A stretch of DNA of 63,703 bases, counting the filler, from Vannella sp. (lineage: Eukaryota), in assembly GCA_023345925.1 (NCBI GenBank). It is 4 parts of 4 records of this genome, joined end to end, with 100 filler letters (N's around TTAATTAATTAA, not from the genome) between each part and the next. Parts side by side here need not be neighbours in the genome. Positions count along the whole stretch, not along the records: positions 1 to 31,132 come from JAJQQN010000302.1; 3 more parts are not named here. One strand, 5' to 3'. Below are positions 1 through 10,582 of this stretch, one piece after another (the first letter of the stretch is position 1; each line of letters starts with the position of its first letter). The notes beneath the pieces are model-generated. The model was given only the letters and a program-made list of their open reading frames with translations, was not told the DNA's origin and did no database searches. A program made the position numbers and the translations under genes.

Positions 1-2
1 GT

Positions 3-1115
3 GCAACAACTAGCCAAAGTGGGACACTGAATGCTCCATTTAATTTCTCTGTTGGTCCCAGTCTCAGTGTGCCACCCCTTACAGAGACTGAATCTGCAAT
101 AGGACCCTCTCGAAGTCAAACTCCCAGTATCTCACTTTCTGAGGGGCCCCAAACTACAGTAGGGACCTCCTTAAGTATGGGACTAAACACGCTCCCATCT
201 CAAGAGTCTCAGTCCATCGAAGTACCTTCATTACGAGCCACTTTCACTATGTCAACCGACACGACCCTTTCCAGTGTGATTGTCTCTTTGATGCGTTCCA
301 GCTCGATGTTAGTGGTGTCCGCCAAGACACTTGCTCGTGGATCTCCCTCTCTAACAGCACAATCGCCAAGTATTCGTCCCAGTCTCGACTCAACATCTTC
401 GATTTTCCCTCCAAGCCCCTCTCTGATGAAGGATTCATTGCTGGGACAGTTGGCAGTGGAGTGTCCGAAGTGTGAGATCTTCCAAATCGTTGTTGATGTT
501 GATGACGGGAAGGACACTCCGATCTTGCAAGTGGATTTGGTCTCCACCGTCGATGTGGTTGGAAGTCTCTTCGTCCCAGCCAAACTCACAAGCCAGATCA
601 ACACCTCTCTGACTTTTAATACTGCAACAAACATCCCAGATGGCATCTTCGATCAGCCATTAGGGGAGACTATCGTTGAGATCCTCCTCACTGACGAAAA
701 TGGGACTCCAATTAGTCGCTTGGATTCACCTCTGACCATTTGCATATCTCCAACCCAAGGTAACAAGAGAGAAGCTTGTCTGAGCTATTTTGATGAGCGG
801 AGAGCGAGGTGGAGATGCCAAGACAAGTGTCTCACCACAACAGAGGAGGGCACCGAGCTCCTTTGTGGACAAACCGACCATCTCACCAATTTTGCGTTGC
901 TTCTGAATGGAATCTCTGCAGGTGATGGAGACCCGTGCAAGTCTTCCGACCAATCTTACACTTTAGGATGGATTTCTCTGGGATTGATTCTGGGAGCTGT
1001 TATCATTGTAGCCATTTCTGGAGTCCTCATCGAGATATACTTTCGCTATCGCAGATACAAACGAGAGAAGTTCATCCGAATGATCACAAGAGTAGAGGGA
1101 GTTCCCATTTTATAA
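3..1115 (+). CDS. 5'-truncated Ser/Thr-rich surface protein with GPS/GAIN autoproteolysis motif and a single C-terminal TM helix
   Basis: Frame is open from the window edge. S/T/P-rich stalk, then CLSYFDE..W..CGQTDHLTNFALLL (GPS H-L|T-x-F-A at 879-896), one hydrophobic helix (WISLGLILGAVIIVAISGVLI) and a basic tail. Confidence 0.75.
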   Translation, partial: ATTSQSGTLNAPFNFSVGPSLSVPPLTETESAIGPSRSQTPSISLSEGPQTTVGTSLSMGLNTLPSQESQSIEVPSLRATFTMSTDTTLSSVIVSLMRSSSMLVVSAKTLARGSPSLTAQSPSIRPSLDSTSSIFPPSPSLMKDSLLGQLAVECPKCEIFQIVVDVDDGKDTPILQVDLVSTVDVVGSLFVPAKLTSQINTSLTFNTATNIPDGIFDQPLGETIVEILLTDENGTPISRLDSPLTICISPTQGNKREACLSYFDERRARWRCQDKCLTTTEEGTELLCGQTDHLTNFALLLNGISAGDGDPCKSSDQSYTLGWISLGLILGAVIIVAISGVLIEIYFRYRRYKREKFIRMITRVEGVPIL

Positions 1116-1225
1116 ACATTTACCAACCTGGGCTCATTTAACCATCCGAGGAAGTGAAAAGACAGCTCGATTAAAATGGCAATCTCCCGCAGTGTTGCTT
1201 ATTAGTTCAATCTCACAGAAAGTCG

Positions 1226-1575
1226 GAGAGAATTCACCGCCCCACTCAACCACGTCCGCTGGCCTCCTTTGAAAAGTGGCTTCAAATTCGACCGAGACCA
1301 TTACGAATGAAATTTTTATGTGTTTCTAGCGAGGTACTTTTTGGCTCTCAACCCTCATTTATTGAAGATGGAAAAGTGGCCCTCTTCAAGTCAATAGCTT
1401 CCAACTTTCACTTGCGTAGCTTGCCCTGATGACCTCCATCTCTTCAGGATAAGCTTTTGGACTGATTTCATTTTTTCACTTTTTGGATGATTGAGGACCA
1501 AACAAGGGGAAATGCCCTCGCCACTCGGTGAATTCTCTCTTTGGAACCTCTTCCCCTTCGCTCGTGGATTTTCTG
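1226..1575. repeat. Dispersed repeat family copy with internal 14-bp inverted repeat
   Basis: 1425-1487 is the reverse complement of motifs at about 40541-40603 and 58423-58482. 1541-1568 matches 40626-40654. 1226-1253 matches the reverse complement of 31412-31439 with 2 mismatches. GAGAGAATTCACCG (1226-1239) and CGGTGAATTCTCTC (1526-1539) form a perfect IR. Confidence 0.75.
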
Positions 1576-1600
1576 GTGTTGAGGGATCAATTCATGATGG

Positions 1601-1628
1601 GATCTGAAAGTGATCTGAAAGTGATCTG
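1601..1628 (+). repeat. 11-bp tandem repeat (GATCTGAAAGT, about 2.5 copies) upstream of LysRS
   Basis: gatctgaaagt gatctgaaagt gatctg read directly. Confidence 0.6.
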
Positions 1629-1660
1629 GTTGGGGGAATCATTTTTTCGTTGCCGACGAC

Positions 1661-3557
1661 ATGAGCGGAGATGAAGAAAAGTTGCTTGTTGCGGCAGTCG
1701 TTGAAGAACAGCCACCGCTTGATGAGAACGGAGAGCCTTTGAGCAAGAAGTAAAGCGAAAGGGAGAAACTGGAGTTCCACAAGCTGACTTGTTTGGCTCC
1801 TTTAGCGCGTTGAAGAAGTGGAAGAAGATGCAAGAGAAGCAAAAGAAGCTTGACGAGAAGAAGGCGCAACCAAGCAAGGAAGTCCAGGCCGGAGGAAGCA
1901 AGTTTGGTGAGGAGGAAGAGCTTGATCCCCGTGTGCGTTCTGTTCCCCTGTTGCCTGCAGGACTTGCCTCATCCTCTACAGATGTACTTTGAGAACCGCT
2001 GTGCAGCTATCGACAAGTACCAACAGCAAGGCGTCTCTTCGTACCCCCACAAGTTCCAAATGGACATGCAGCTTGACGCTTTCCGTAAGAAGTACGAAGG
2101 AACCATTCCTGCTGGTGAAAGTGTCAAGGAGGTCGTTAGCATCACTGGTATGCAAGCTGATCCCTTCTTTGTACCAAGCTAACGGATGATCAGGACGAAT
2201 CACTCGCAAGCAAGCCCAGGGCCAGAAGCTGATCTTCTACGATATCATCCAAAGTGGGGTACGAGTTCAAGTTATGAGTAGCTTGAAGGAGTATGCAGCA
2301 GGTGAGGAGGCCTTTTACACGATCCACAGCCGTCTCCGCCGTGGAGACATCGTCGGCGTGACCGGTGTTCCCGCCACTTCCAAGGCTGGTGAGTTCAGTG
2401 TACTCCCCAGTGCCATGGAGTTGCTCTCTCCCTGTTTGCATATGTTGCCCACGACCCAGTACGGGTTCAAGGACCAGGAAAGCCGCTATCGCCAGCGCTA
2501 CCTCGATCTTATCTGTAACGAGAGTGCGAGAAACACCTTCTTTACGCGTTCCAAGATCATCTCCTTCTTCCGTCGGTACATGGACGATCTTAACTTCCTT
2601 GAAGTCGAGACCCCTTTGATGAACATGATTGCTGGTGGAGCTAACGCCAAGCCCTTTGTGACCCACCACAACGACCTTAACCTTGACTTGTTCATGCGTA
2701 TCGCCCCTGAGCTCTTCTTGAAGACTCTCGTTGTTGGAGGACTCGATCGCGTGTACGAAGTCGGCCGCGTCTTCCGAAACGAAGGGATTGATCTCACTCA
2801 CAACCCTGAGTTCACTCTGGGAGAGTTCTACATGGCCTATGCAGACTATGGTGATCTGGTGAGCCTCACGGAAGACCTCCTCTCCTCCATGGTCAAGAAG
2901 ATCCGGGGATCTTTCCAGATTCCTTACCACCCTGAAGGTCCTGAGGGTCCTGAGGTGATCATTGACTTCACTCCTCCTTATCGCAAGGTGGACATGCTCG
3001 AAGAGCTTCGCAATCAGGGCGTGAACATCCCCACCAACCTCGAGAGCGAAGAGTCCCGCGCTATTCTCGATCAAGAGTGCGTGGCCCGTAAGATTGATTG
3101 CTCTGCTCCCCGCACGATTGCTCGCCTTCTTGATAAGCTGGTGGGCGATCTGATTGAGCCCTCGTGCATCAACCCAACCTTCATCACCAACCACCCCGAG
3201 ATCATGTCACCTCTTGCCAAGTGGCACAGAGACATTCCTGGCCTCACCGAGCGCTTTGAGCTATTTGTGATGGGCAAGGAAGTGTGCAATGCCTACACGG
3301 AGTTGAACGAACCCCGCATTCAACGCCAACGCTTCGAGCAGCAAGCTTCTGCCAAGTCTGCTGGAGACGACGAGGCTCAGTTGGTGGACCACAGCTACTG
3401 CACGGCTTTGGAATACGGATTGCCTCCTACTGGTGGCTGGGGCATCGGATTTGATCGGTTGACAATGCTGTTGACCGACAATATCAACATTAAGGAAGTT
3501 ATTCTGTTCCCTGCCATGAAGCCTGATCAAGTCACTCACTCAGAAGCCTCTCACTAA
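1661..3557 (+). CDS. KARS1: Lysyl-tRNA synthetase (class II, cytosolic)
   Basis: Introns 1750-1805, 1933-1981 and 2148-2193 join [37 protein letters not shown] and [11 protein letters not shown]. Confidence 0.97.
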
Positions 3558-3620
3558 GCCCCTCTGGCAATCACACAAGAGACCATTTCACTCTGCATTT
3601 CACTTTGTTCTTCGATGTGA

Positions 3621-5047
3621 CTATTCCGGGCTGACTCCAAGTTGGCCCAGTGCGAGTCTGAGGTTGTGGATTGCGCTTGGCACGTCCTCAAACTGGAGGG
3701 AACTCACAGCAAATCGTGCAAACCGGTAGGCCGTATTAGTGTCTGGCTCTCCGCTCTTAATGGGGACCGGACCGACTGATCGGGTGGGGATGGCCTTTTG
3801 TTGGGGCTGTGCCTGGTAAGCGAACTGAGTTGGAGCTGGTGAAGCATGCTGTTGGGGCGGTTGCAGTTGAGCCTGGTAGGCGAACTGTGCTGGAGCGGGT
3901 GAAGAAAGCTGTTGTGGGACTTGGTAAGAAGTTGGGGCCAGTTGCTCGGCAGGAGTTTGGAAACTCCCCTGGAATTGATATTTCTCGGGAATGCCACTCG
4001 GATTGAAGGTGCTGGAAGAGGCCGAGTTTCCAAAGGTGAAGCTGTCGCGAGGAACATCTTCCCGATTGTGGCTGATTGTGGGAGTTTCTGGAAACTGGGA
4101 GGAAAGCATGTCCGAAGCCGTTTGGCCTGCAAACGTGAAAGAAGAGGATTGGAACTCTGCTTGAGTGGATGGGGAGTGCCCAGACCCTTCAGCATAGCTG
4201 AAAGGCTGACTGGGCTCCTGGAACGAGCCAAAAGTTTGAATTGGCGCTTCTTGTGCGCGATAGTAGCTAGAACTATCTGTCTGGTTGTAGGTTTGGGTTT
4301 GCTGTCCCTGGGGCAGAAAAGATGCGTTGGATGCCGAAACAGAATAGTTGCCTGAGAATGCCGCCCCCTGTGGAGCGTACTGCGCTTCTCCCCGCTGCAT
4401 AGTATATTGAGGTTCTGCTCGCTGCTCGGCCAAGTCCCCAACTGCCTCTCTTTCAAGAGCAGCAAGCTCTTCCTCAGACATTGCCGGCCCTGACTGTGGG
4501 ACACGCCCTTCTCGTAGTGCAGTAGTGATGTCTGCAGCCTTCCACTTGGCGTACTTAAGGCGCTCCTTCACTTCTTCATCGATCTCCCCAAACTGTCGCA
4601 GGATACTGTAGAAGATAGATGCCGCGTAGAACGTCCTGGCTGTGGCTCTGTCGGTCCCTAAGTACACACTAAAACGTTGCTTGTTGACTTACTTTGAGGC
4701 TTCGCCAGAGCGGTCCTCGTTATCCGCTTTGTTGAAGATTTGGTCGCAGAAGGCGAGAACGTGGGGCGCTTTGTTCTGAGGGAGAGCGAGCTGGTCTCGC
4801 AAAGACTGCTTTTCCACATCAAGTTCATCAAGGAGTGTAAGAAGGAACATCTTCTCTGCCTGCTGAGTAGGCGCCTTATCAATCCCCAAGGTTGCCGCGT
4901 AATATTTGCCTGAACATGCGTCAGGAACACTCTTTAGCTCACAACGAGCTTCATACAGTAGTACGCCACTAACGGGTCAACTTTCTGCGTCTGCTTAGCG
5001 TGCTGCAAGTACGGTTTAAGCGCCTTCATGCCAGCAGGCACGTCCAT
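3621..5047 (-). CDS. VTA1: Vta1/LIP5 ESCRT (Vps4) cofactor
   Basis: N-terminus MDVPAGMKALKPYL..DPLVAYYC, KYAKWKAADI, Q/P-rich linker and C-terminal VSL domain (ARFAVSSLQFEDVPSA). Two short introns. Confidence 0.9.
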
Positions 5048-5078
5048 GAGGAAGGGCGACGGGGAAATGGAGATGCGC

Positions 5079-5094
5079 AGGGTTTAGGGTTTAG
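5079..5094 (-). promoter_or_regulatory. Telo-box-like (AAACCCTA) motif upstream of VTA1
   Basis: AGGGTTTAGGGTTTAG in the 55-nt spacer, about 30 nt 5' of the VTA1 ATG. Confidence 0.4.
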
Positions 5095-5102
5095 TTGTGA
5101 AA

Positions 5103-6393
5103 CTAACTGGCTTTGCCAATTTGCGCCTTTTGCAAGGAGCGGACGCTTTGGTAGACAAATTGATCGAGAATGCGGAAGATAGTGAAGATCCCTCCTAACA
5201 GAGCGCACACGGATGTGAAGAAGGATGCGAAAGAGCGAGAGCGCTCCACCAAGCTCACTTCGATGGGGGACAAGTTGTAGATAAAGTAGACGCCAGGGTA
5301 GCCGTGGCTGTCATGGTTAGAGGCAGTGTTGTCAATAGCCTTGTAGTGTTGTGTCACAGAGTACTGGTTCGTTGTGATGGTCTCTTCAGCGAGAGAAGTG
5401 TACGAGGTGGACACTATTTTGATGTAGTATTGGAACAGACTGTTCCTGGCATCTGACTTCTTCTCCATCTTGTCAAGTGGATTGGTGCGGCCAGGGTAGT
5501 GGTCTCCGAACCAGAGGGAGTTGATGGTATGGGAGAGGTCGAAGGCGTTGTCAAAGTCAAAGCCGCTGGAGTCATGCATGTGGCTGGACTGGTGGTTGAA
5601 GCTCATTCCTGGGGAAATGTGGAAGTTTCCTGCTACCTTGTTCACTGCGATCTTGCCAGAGACAGTGCAACCTTCTCCCTTCTGGGAGGCGAGTCTTTCC
5701 ACGTATCCTTCGTTCTTGCATTGAGCGATGTTGGCAGCGCTACCGAAGGACCATCCCTTTGCTTTGTAAGCCTCCTTGATGCTATCGCACGTTTCACAGC
5801 ATGGGAACTCCTGGGACTCGGCTCCGTAGCAGCTGCCACATTGGTTGAAGTTCTGTGGGACGGGAACCTTCACGACAGCACTGAGTGCCTCGCTAAGGAG
5901 CTTTGCTATGCTAAAGGTCAGTCATTGGGGTCGATTTAGATCCTCTCGTACTCTCCTCTGCCGCAGAAAGAGGGTTTCCCCTTGCTGTCAGCCGCTGCCG
6001 GAAGACTGTGCTATTGATGTTGAGTTGTACGGCCCCAGCTATATCAAGAGCGTCGATACTCATGTCTATCAACTATCAGAGCGCGCTGAGGAAGGTCAGA
6101 ACACTCACAAGAGCAGGGAAGACGAGGGAAAGTGATGTCAAAGTGGATCTCGAGGGGCTCATTGCGATTGTTATCAACAACGAGATCATTCTCAATCGTT
6201 ATCTCCATATAGGCCCGGAACTCAGCGACCAACAAGATCGCTGCGAACAACAAAGTAAACAAAGACACTGTACCATCATCAGACACGAACTACAGCCACA
6301 AAGACACTCACGCAAGCCCCCTGAAAGAGTGCGCACATGGAACGACTCCCTGGTACTTGGAAAGAAGTCCAACTTGCCCCACCGTGACTGCAT
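5103..6393 (-). CDS. ERGIC3: ERGIC3/Erv46 family COPII vesicle protein
   Basis: KLDFFP..RTLSGG, DITFPRLPC, CGSCYGA, CCETC, GEGC..G...VNKVAGNFH, PGVYFIYNLSPI, C-terminal TM and IGKAS tail. Several introns. Confidence 0.92.
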
Positions 6394-6570
6394 GACCGTC
6401 CCCCAACGCCGACGTGGCAATGCCCTCTCAAAAGGTCCTCCTTTAACGCACCCCAGCTCCTCATGTTGTGCAAACTATTAATTGAATCCCAAGACTGATG
6501 CGGCGTTGGAATTGAGTGAAGTGGCAAAAGAGGGGAGGGGAAATGAGTTCATCATTGTGGGTTGGCTTGG

Positions 6571-8954
6571 ATGGAGAAGCCAGCTCTTCACACAAACGGA
6601 GGTAGTGACCTGATTCATGCAGATTGGGTGGCTGTGAGCGCGGATGAGAATGGAGTAGAGGAGAGTCTGACGCTGGATCCCCTGCCTCCTCGCCGCCCAA
6701 AGAGTGGGTCCTTTGCGAAAGGGAAGAGCGGAGGAGGGGACAAGTCTACACACTGGCCTAAAGAATTGGGACTTTGGAAGGGTGAGACACAGATGGAGCT
6801 CTTCATTGACATTGGAGAACGGCGTGGGGAAGTCGCATCAGGGACCTTGTATTTGACCAATGCCTTCCTTTACTACTCCCCTTCCCAGGTACGGGGTCTC
6901 CTGTTACTCTAACACGGTCACTTATCTCGACAGGTTGATGGGACGCTTTCGAGAGTGCCCTTGTGGGCCATTCACCAGGTTACTTTGGCTACAAGCGGCG
7001 CTGCTCTTCCCACTCTACATCCAGCCACACTTTATGAACAACAACAAGAAGAGAACAATGGCCTGACCTACCTTGAAGTGGGGTGTAAGAACCTGCGCAT
7101 CTTCCAGTTCGTCTTCCGGAAAGGAGAGTCAGCTGCTCGTTGTCACAAAGTCCTTCAGAAAGTGTGCTTCTCAGGAGACCAAGAGAGTGCTTTTGCCTAT
7201 CACAACCTCGAGTTCACCCGCGCGCAATTGAGGCGGAGCGGTTGGGATCTTTTCAGTTGGGAGAATGAGTTCAAGCGGATGGGACTTTCCGAGGATGAAT
7301 GGCGCATCACCGTTGTGAACAAAACCTTCGAAATGACGGCTTCTTACCCTCAGTACTTTATTGTGCCGAAGGCTTTGTGTGACGAAGGTGAGAGTTTGAG
7401 CTCTTATCATGCAGTAGCTGCTTACCTCTTTTCGGAGAACTCCAAGAGATTGCGGCATTCAGGAGTAGTGGAAGAATCCCCGCTCTCTCGTATTGCCACA
7501 GTAATGGGGCGAGTTTGACGCGATGTTCTCAACCGCTCGTGGGCTTTCTGTGGTCGAGGAGTCCAGCAGATGAGAAAATGTTCGAGCAGATCCGGTCTCT
7601 TAATCCTTCAGATCAAGAATTGAGCATTGTAGACTGCCGTTCACGCTTAAGCGCTCATGCTAATAAGGCAAAAAGTGGCGGAACCGAGAGTCTCTCGTAT
7701 TACAAGAACTGCAAGATTGATTTTAAGGGAATCGATAACATCCACGTCATGCGAGAAAGCCTTCGTGCCGTTCAACACAATGCTAGTGGGAATGGAATTA
7801 GGCGTTGTGACTTATCCTGGTTACAGCACGTCCAAACAGTCTTAAAAGCAGCACAAGAAATCGCTTCAATGATGGAGAATGACCGCACCTCGGTTCTTAT
7901 CCACTGTTCAGATGGATGGGACCGGACAGCTCAGCTATCCTCTCTTGTTCAACTATTTCTAGATCCGTATTACCGGACCATTACTGGTTTTCAAGTTCTC
8001 ATTGAGAAAGAATGGGTAGGTGAAGAATAGAGATGTTTCATCCGGACTGACAATTTCCTATAGCTCAGCTTCGGGCACAAATTCGCAGACCGAATGTGCC
8101 ATGGGCGCACAGGTTTCTGGACAGAGCATGAAAGCTCTCCCGTCTTTCTTCAGTTCCTGGACTGCGTTAGTCAGATGGTCAAACAATTCTCCTCGTGCTT
8201 TCAGTTTGGAGAAGCTTTCCTTCGGTGTATGATGGACCAAGTGAGACTCCCAACCTTTTTTGCGGTGTAATCTCACATTTTGGAGGTGTACGGAGGTTGT
8301 TTTGGGACATTCCTTTACAATAATGAGAAGGAAAGGCAAGAGCATCAAGTCAAAAAGCTCACTCCTTCACTCTGGAACTACATGAACAAGCGGTCTGTAC
8401 GAAAATCCCTCCAATCGTTATTTTACGATGGCTCCAAGCATATCGATATGATTCGTGCGTTAAGAGTGGAGGATGCGTTACTTTGGCCTTACTACTTTGC
8501 CACCCAAGGAGCGCTCATCCGCCGAAACGAAGACGCAGAGAAGGAGAGACTTTACACTTTGCTGCACCAGGAAGTGGGAGCGGCCAATTACCTAAAGAAA
8601 AGGTTCGAGGAGATCCTTTCGGCTCATGGCAACTCCCTTTACAATGTTGGCATGGATGGAAAGAGAAGGCTTGTTGTGGAAATGAGAAAGAAAAGCCCCC
8701 TTCTGGATCTCGAGATCTTTGAAGATTATCAACCCTCTGATGAGGCACCGCTGGACGAAGATCTCATCAGTTCCTTTGTCTTTCCTGAAGATGACAGCAA
8801 CGATGATGGAAGCTCATTCAGCCAAAGTTGGAGTGAGTATTGCTCCTCGTTGCTGGTGCAACTGATGTCCTACCCCCTCCTTCCCCTTTCCTTTTCAGAA
8901 GTATCTGATGGCGCAATGGACCCTCCAGCGGAAGAGAGCGTCAAGTTAGAGTAA
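6571..8954 (+). CDS. Myotubularin-related PI3P phosphatase (catalytically intact)
   Basis: PH-GRAM-like N-terminus, FRSSGRIPALSY, RCSQP, HCSDGWDRT active site, DPYYRTITGFQVLIEKEW and FGHKFADR. Introns include 7388-7437 and 8241-8285. Confidence 0.93.
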
Positions 8955-8969
8955 AGAGCCGTGTCTAGT

Positions 8970-10458
8970 TTAGTATTGAGAAAGGACGGTTTGCAAGAAC
9001 ACTTCAATGTCCTTACGGGACTCCACCAAAGAGGGAGGGTCAGAGGGATTGGGGAGGTCCATGGTAGCGCAGTGTCCGGCTTGGTAGGTGGTCGCTTGGA
9101 CAGAAAGATCGCTGTTATCTTGATTGATAGAGAGGTTGTGCCAAGGGTCGAGCAAACCATTGGTGAAGAGAACATTATTCGCCTTCAAGTCGTATCCACC
9201 GTAGTAGACATTCGTCCAATCGGCATTGGGAGCCATTCCCTTCACTCCAAAGATTTCCTCGCACCATTGGATCATCGGCTCCACGTGAATGTCGCTCCAG
9301 AAGATGCTCGTTCCTTCGTAAGAGGGTTTGAAGAAGCCAAACTCGGTGCACTTTTGCCAGAACCAAGCGCGGTTGCTGTTAGGAATGGGAAGTCTGTTGA
9401 GTTTGAGCCAGTCCGCCTGACTGAAAGGATTGCAAGTGGAGCCATTCCCGAACGTCTTCGCCCAGTTGCCCACATAGTCTGTGGAGCTGGTCATCGTGTC
9501 ACAGGTGGCATTCAGAGGCCAATCGGGAGGATTGTTCATCTGATCAGAGCCACCGACTTGCCCCATCAAGGCCAACTCGAAGAACCAGTTGGGGGTGTCA
9601 GAGGTATTGAGTGGCTTGCAAGCGCTGAAAATAGTTTCCAACTGTGAGATCCCGGCAGGGTTTGTGAGCATCTGAGCAATGGAGCTCACAGCAGACGAAA
9701 CAGCATCCACGCAGCTTGGATCTGCTCCCAATTAGATCACAGACCGCTTCGTCCTCGCCGTACTCACATCCGATCATGTTGCAAGACGTCTCAAACTGCC
9801 CGTAGTACTGAGTGAAGTTGATGTTGGCGTAGACAGGTCCAGAGGGCGCGACAGAGGCAATCACAGAGTTCGGGTACTTGGCGCGGAACCAGGCGGACAA
9901 GGCTCCACTGTACGAGCAGCCAAACACTACCCAAGGGCCAGGGTTGGTGAGAGTCTTGTTGTACGTATCAATAAAGTAAGCTGTGTCTGCAAGAGCCTGT
10001 TGGCTACTCAACCAGCGCATGTTTGGGGTGGCGAAGCTGGCGAAGGGAAGGGACTTTCCGTAGTAGCGGTGCTCGATAGAGATGTACATCGCTCCGAACT
10101 TCTTAGCAAAGTAGTAAGGAGTCACCTCTTGGAAGCCAAAGAAGCCCATGGGAGCTTCTCCATCAAGGAAGATGAAAATAGGGCCTCCTGGGGCGTAGTG
10201 TTGGTCATCGACAACCACCTGTTGGTGGAACGTGCGGTTCTCCAGAGGATTGAAGTGATCTAGCTTCTGGGTAAACCAGATTGGCTTGCTCTTTGGCACC
10301 TCCTTCGGCTGCAAGGGAATATGAGTCCGCCCCGCCATCGCACGCATTAGCGGATGGTTCTCGAGATACTCTGAAGTAACTTTCACTCCATCGTGGACAT
10401 ACCCACAGCATGCACCACAAAGGAACAGCCAAACAGCCAAAACCAACACCACGCGCAT
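8970..10458 (-). CDS. Peptidase S28 family serine carboxypeptidase (secreted or lysosomal)
   Basis: Signal peptide, QKLDHF, IEHRYYGKS, FGCSYSG nucleophile, WQKCTEFGFF, NGLLDPWH, GHC. One intron. Confidence 0.92.
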
Positions 10459-10502
10459 CGGACCAGCAAAAAGTAAAGTTCTGTGGAGGATTCCAAAGTT
10501 TC

Positions 10503-10542
10503 TAGGGTTTAGCGTAGGGCTATTAGGGTTTAGGGTTAGGTT
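10503..10542 (-). promoter_or_regulatory. Cluster of telomere-like TTAGGG/TTTAGGG (telo-box-like) repeats upstream of the S28 gene
   Basis: TAGGGTTTAGCGTAGGGCTATTAGGGTTTAGGGTTAGGTT in a 124-nt intergenic spacer. Confidence 0.5.
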
Positions 10543-10582
10543 TTCTTCAAACGACTAAGTCGGAGCCCAAGGGATCGGAAAG

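Noticed and set aside
1425..1470. CTGATGA in the repeat family suggesting a hammerhead ribozyme or C/D snoRNA
   Set aside because: No GAAA core after a stem II, and the candidate D box is only about 35 nt away and not conserved in the 40.5-kb copy.
2190..3194. Long antisense ORFs (also 8961-9647, 49631-50530, 59413-60078)
   Set aside because: They shadow conserved sense genes through codon bias and show no domain signal.
3800..3900. Direct repeat CCTGGTA.GCGAACTG in VTA1
   Set aside because: It encodes the duplicated peptide AP(A/T)QFAYQAQ in a low-complexity linker and is not a CRISPR or mobile repeat.
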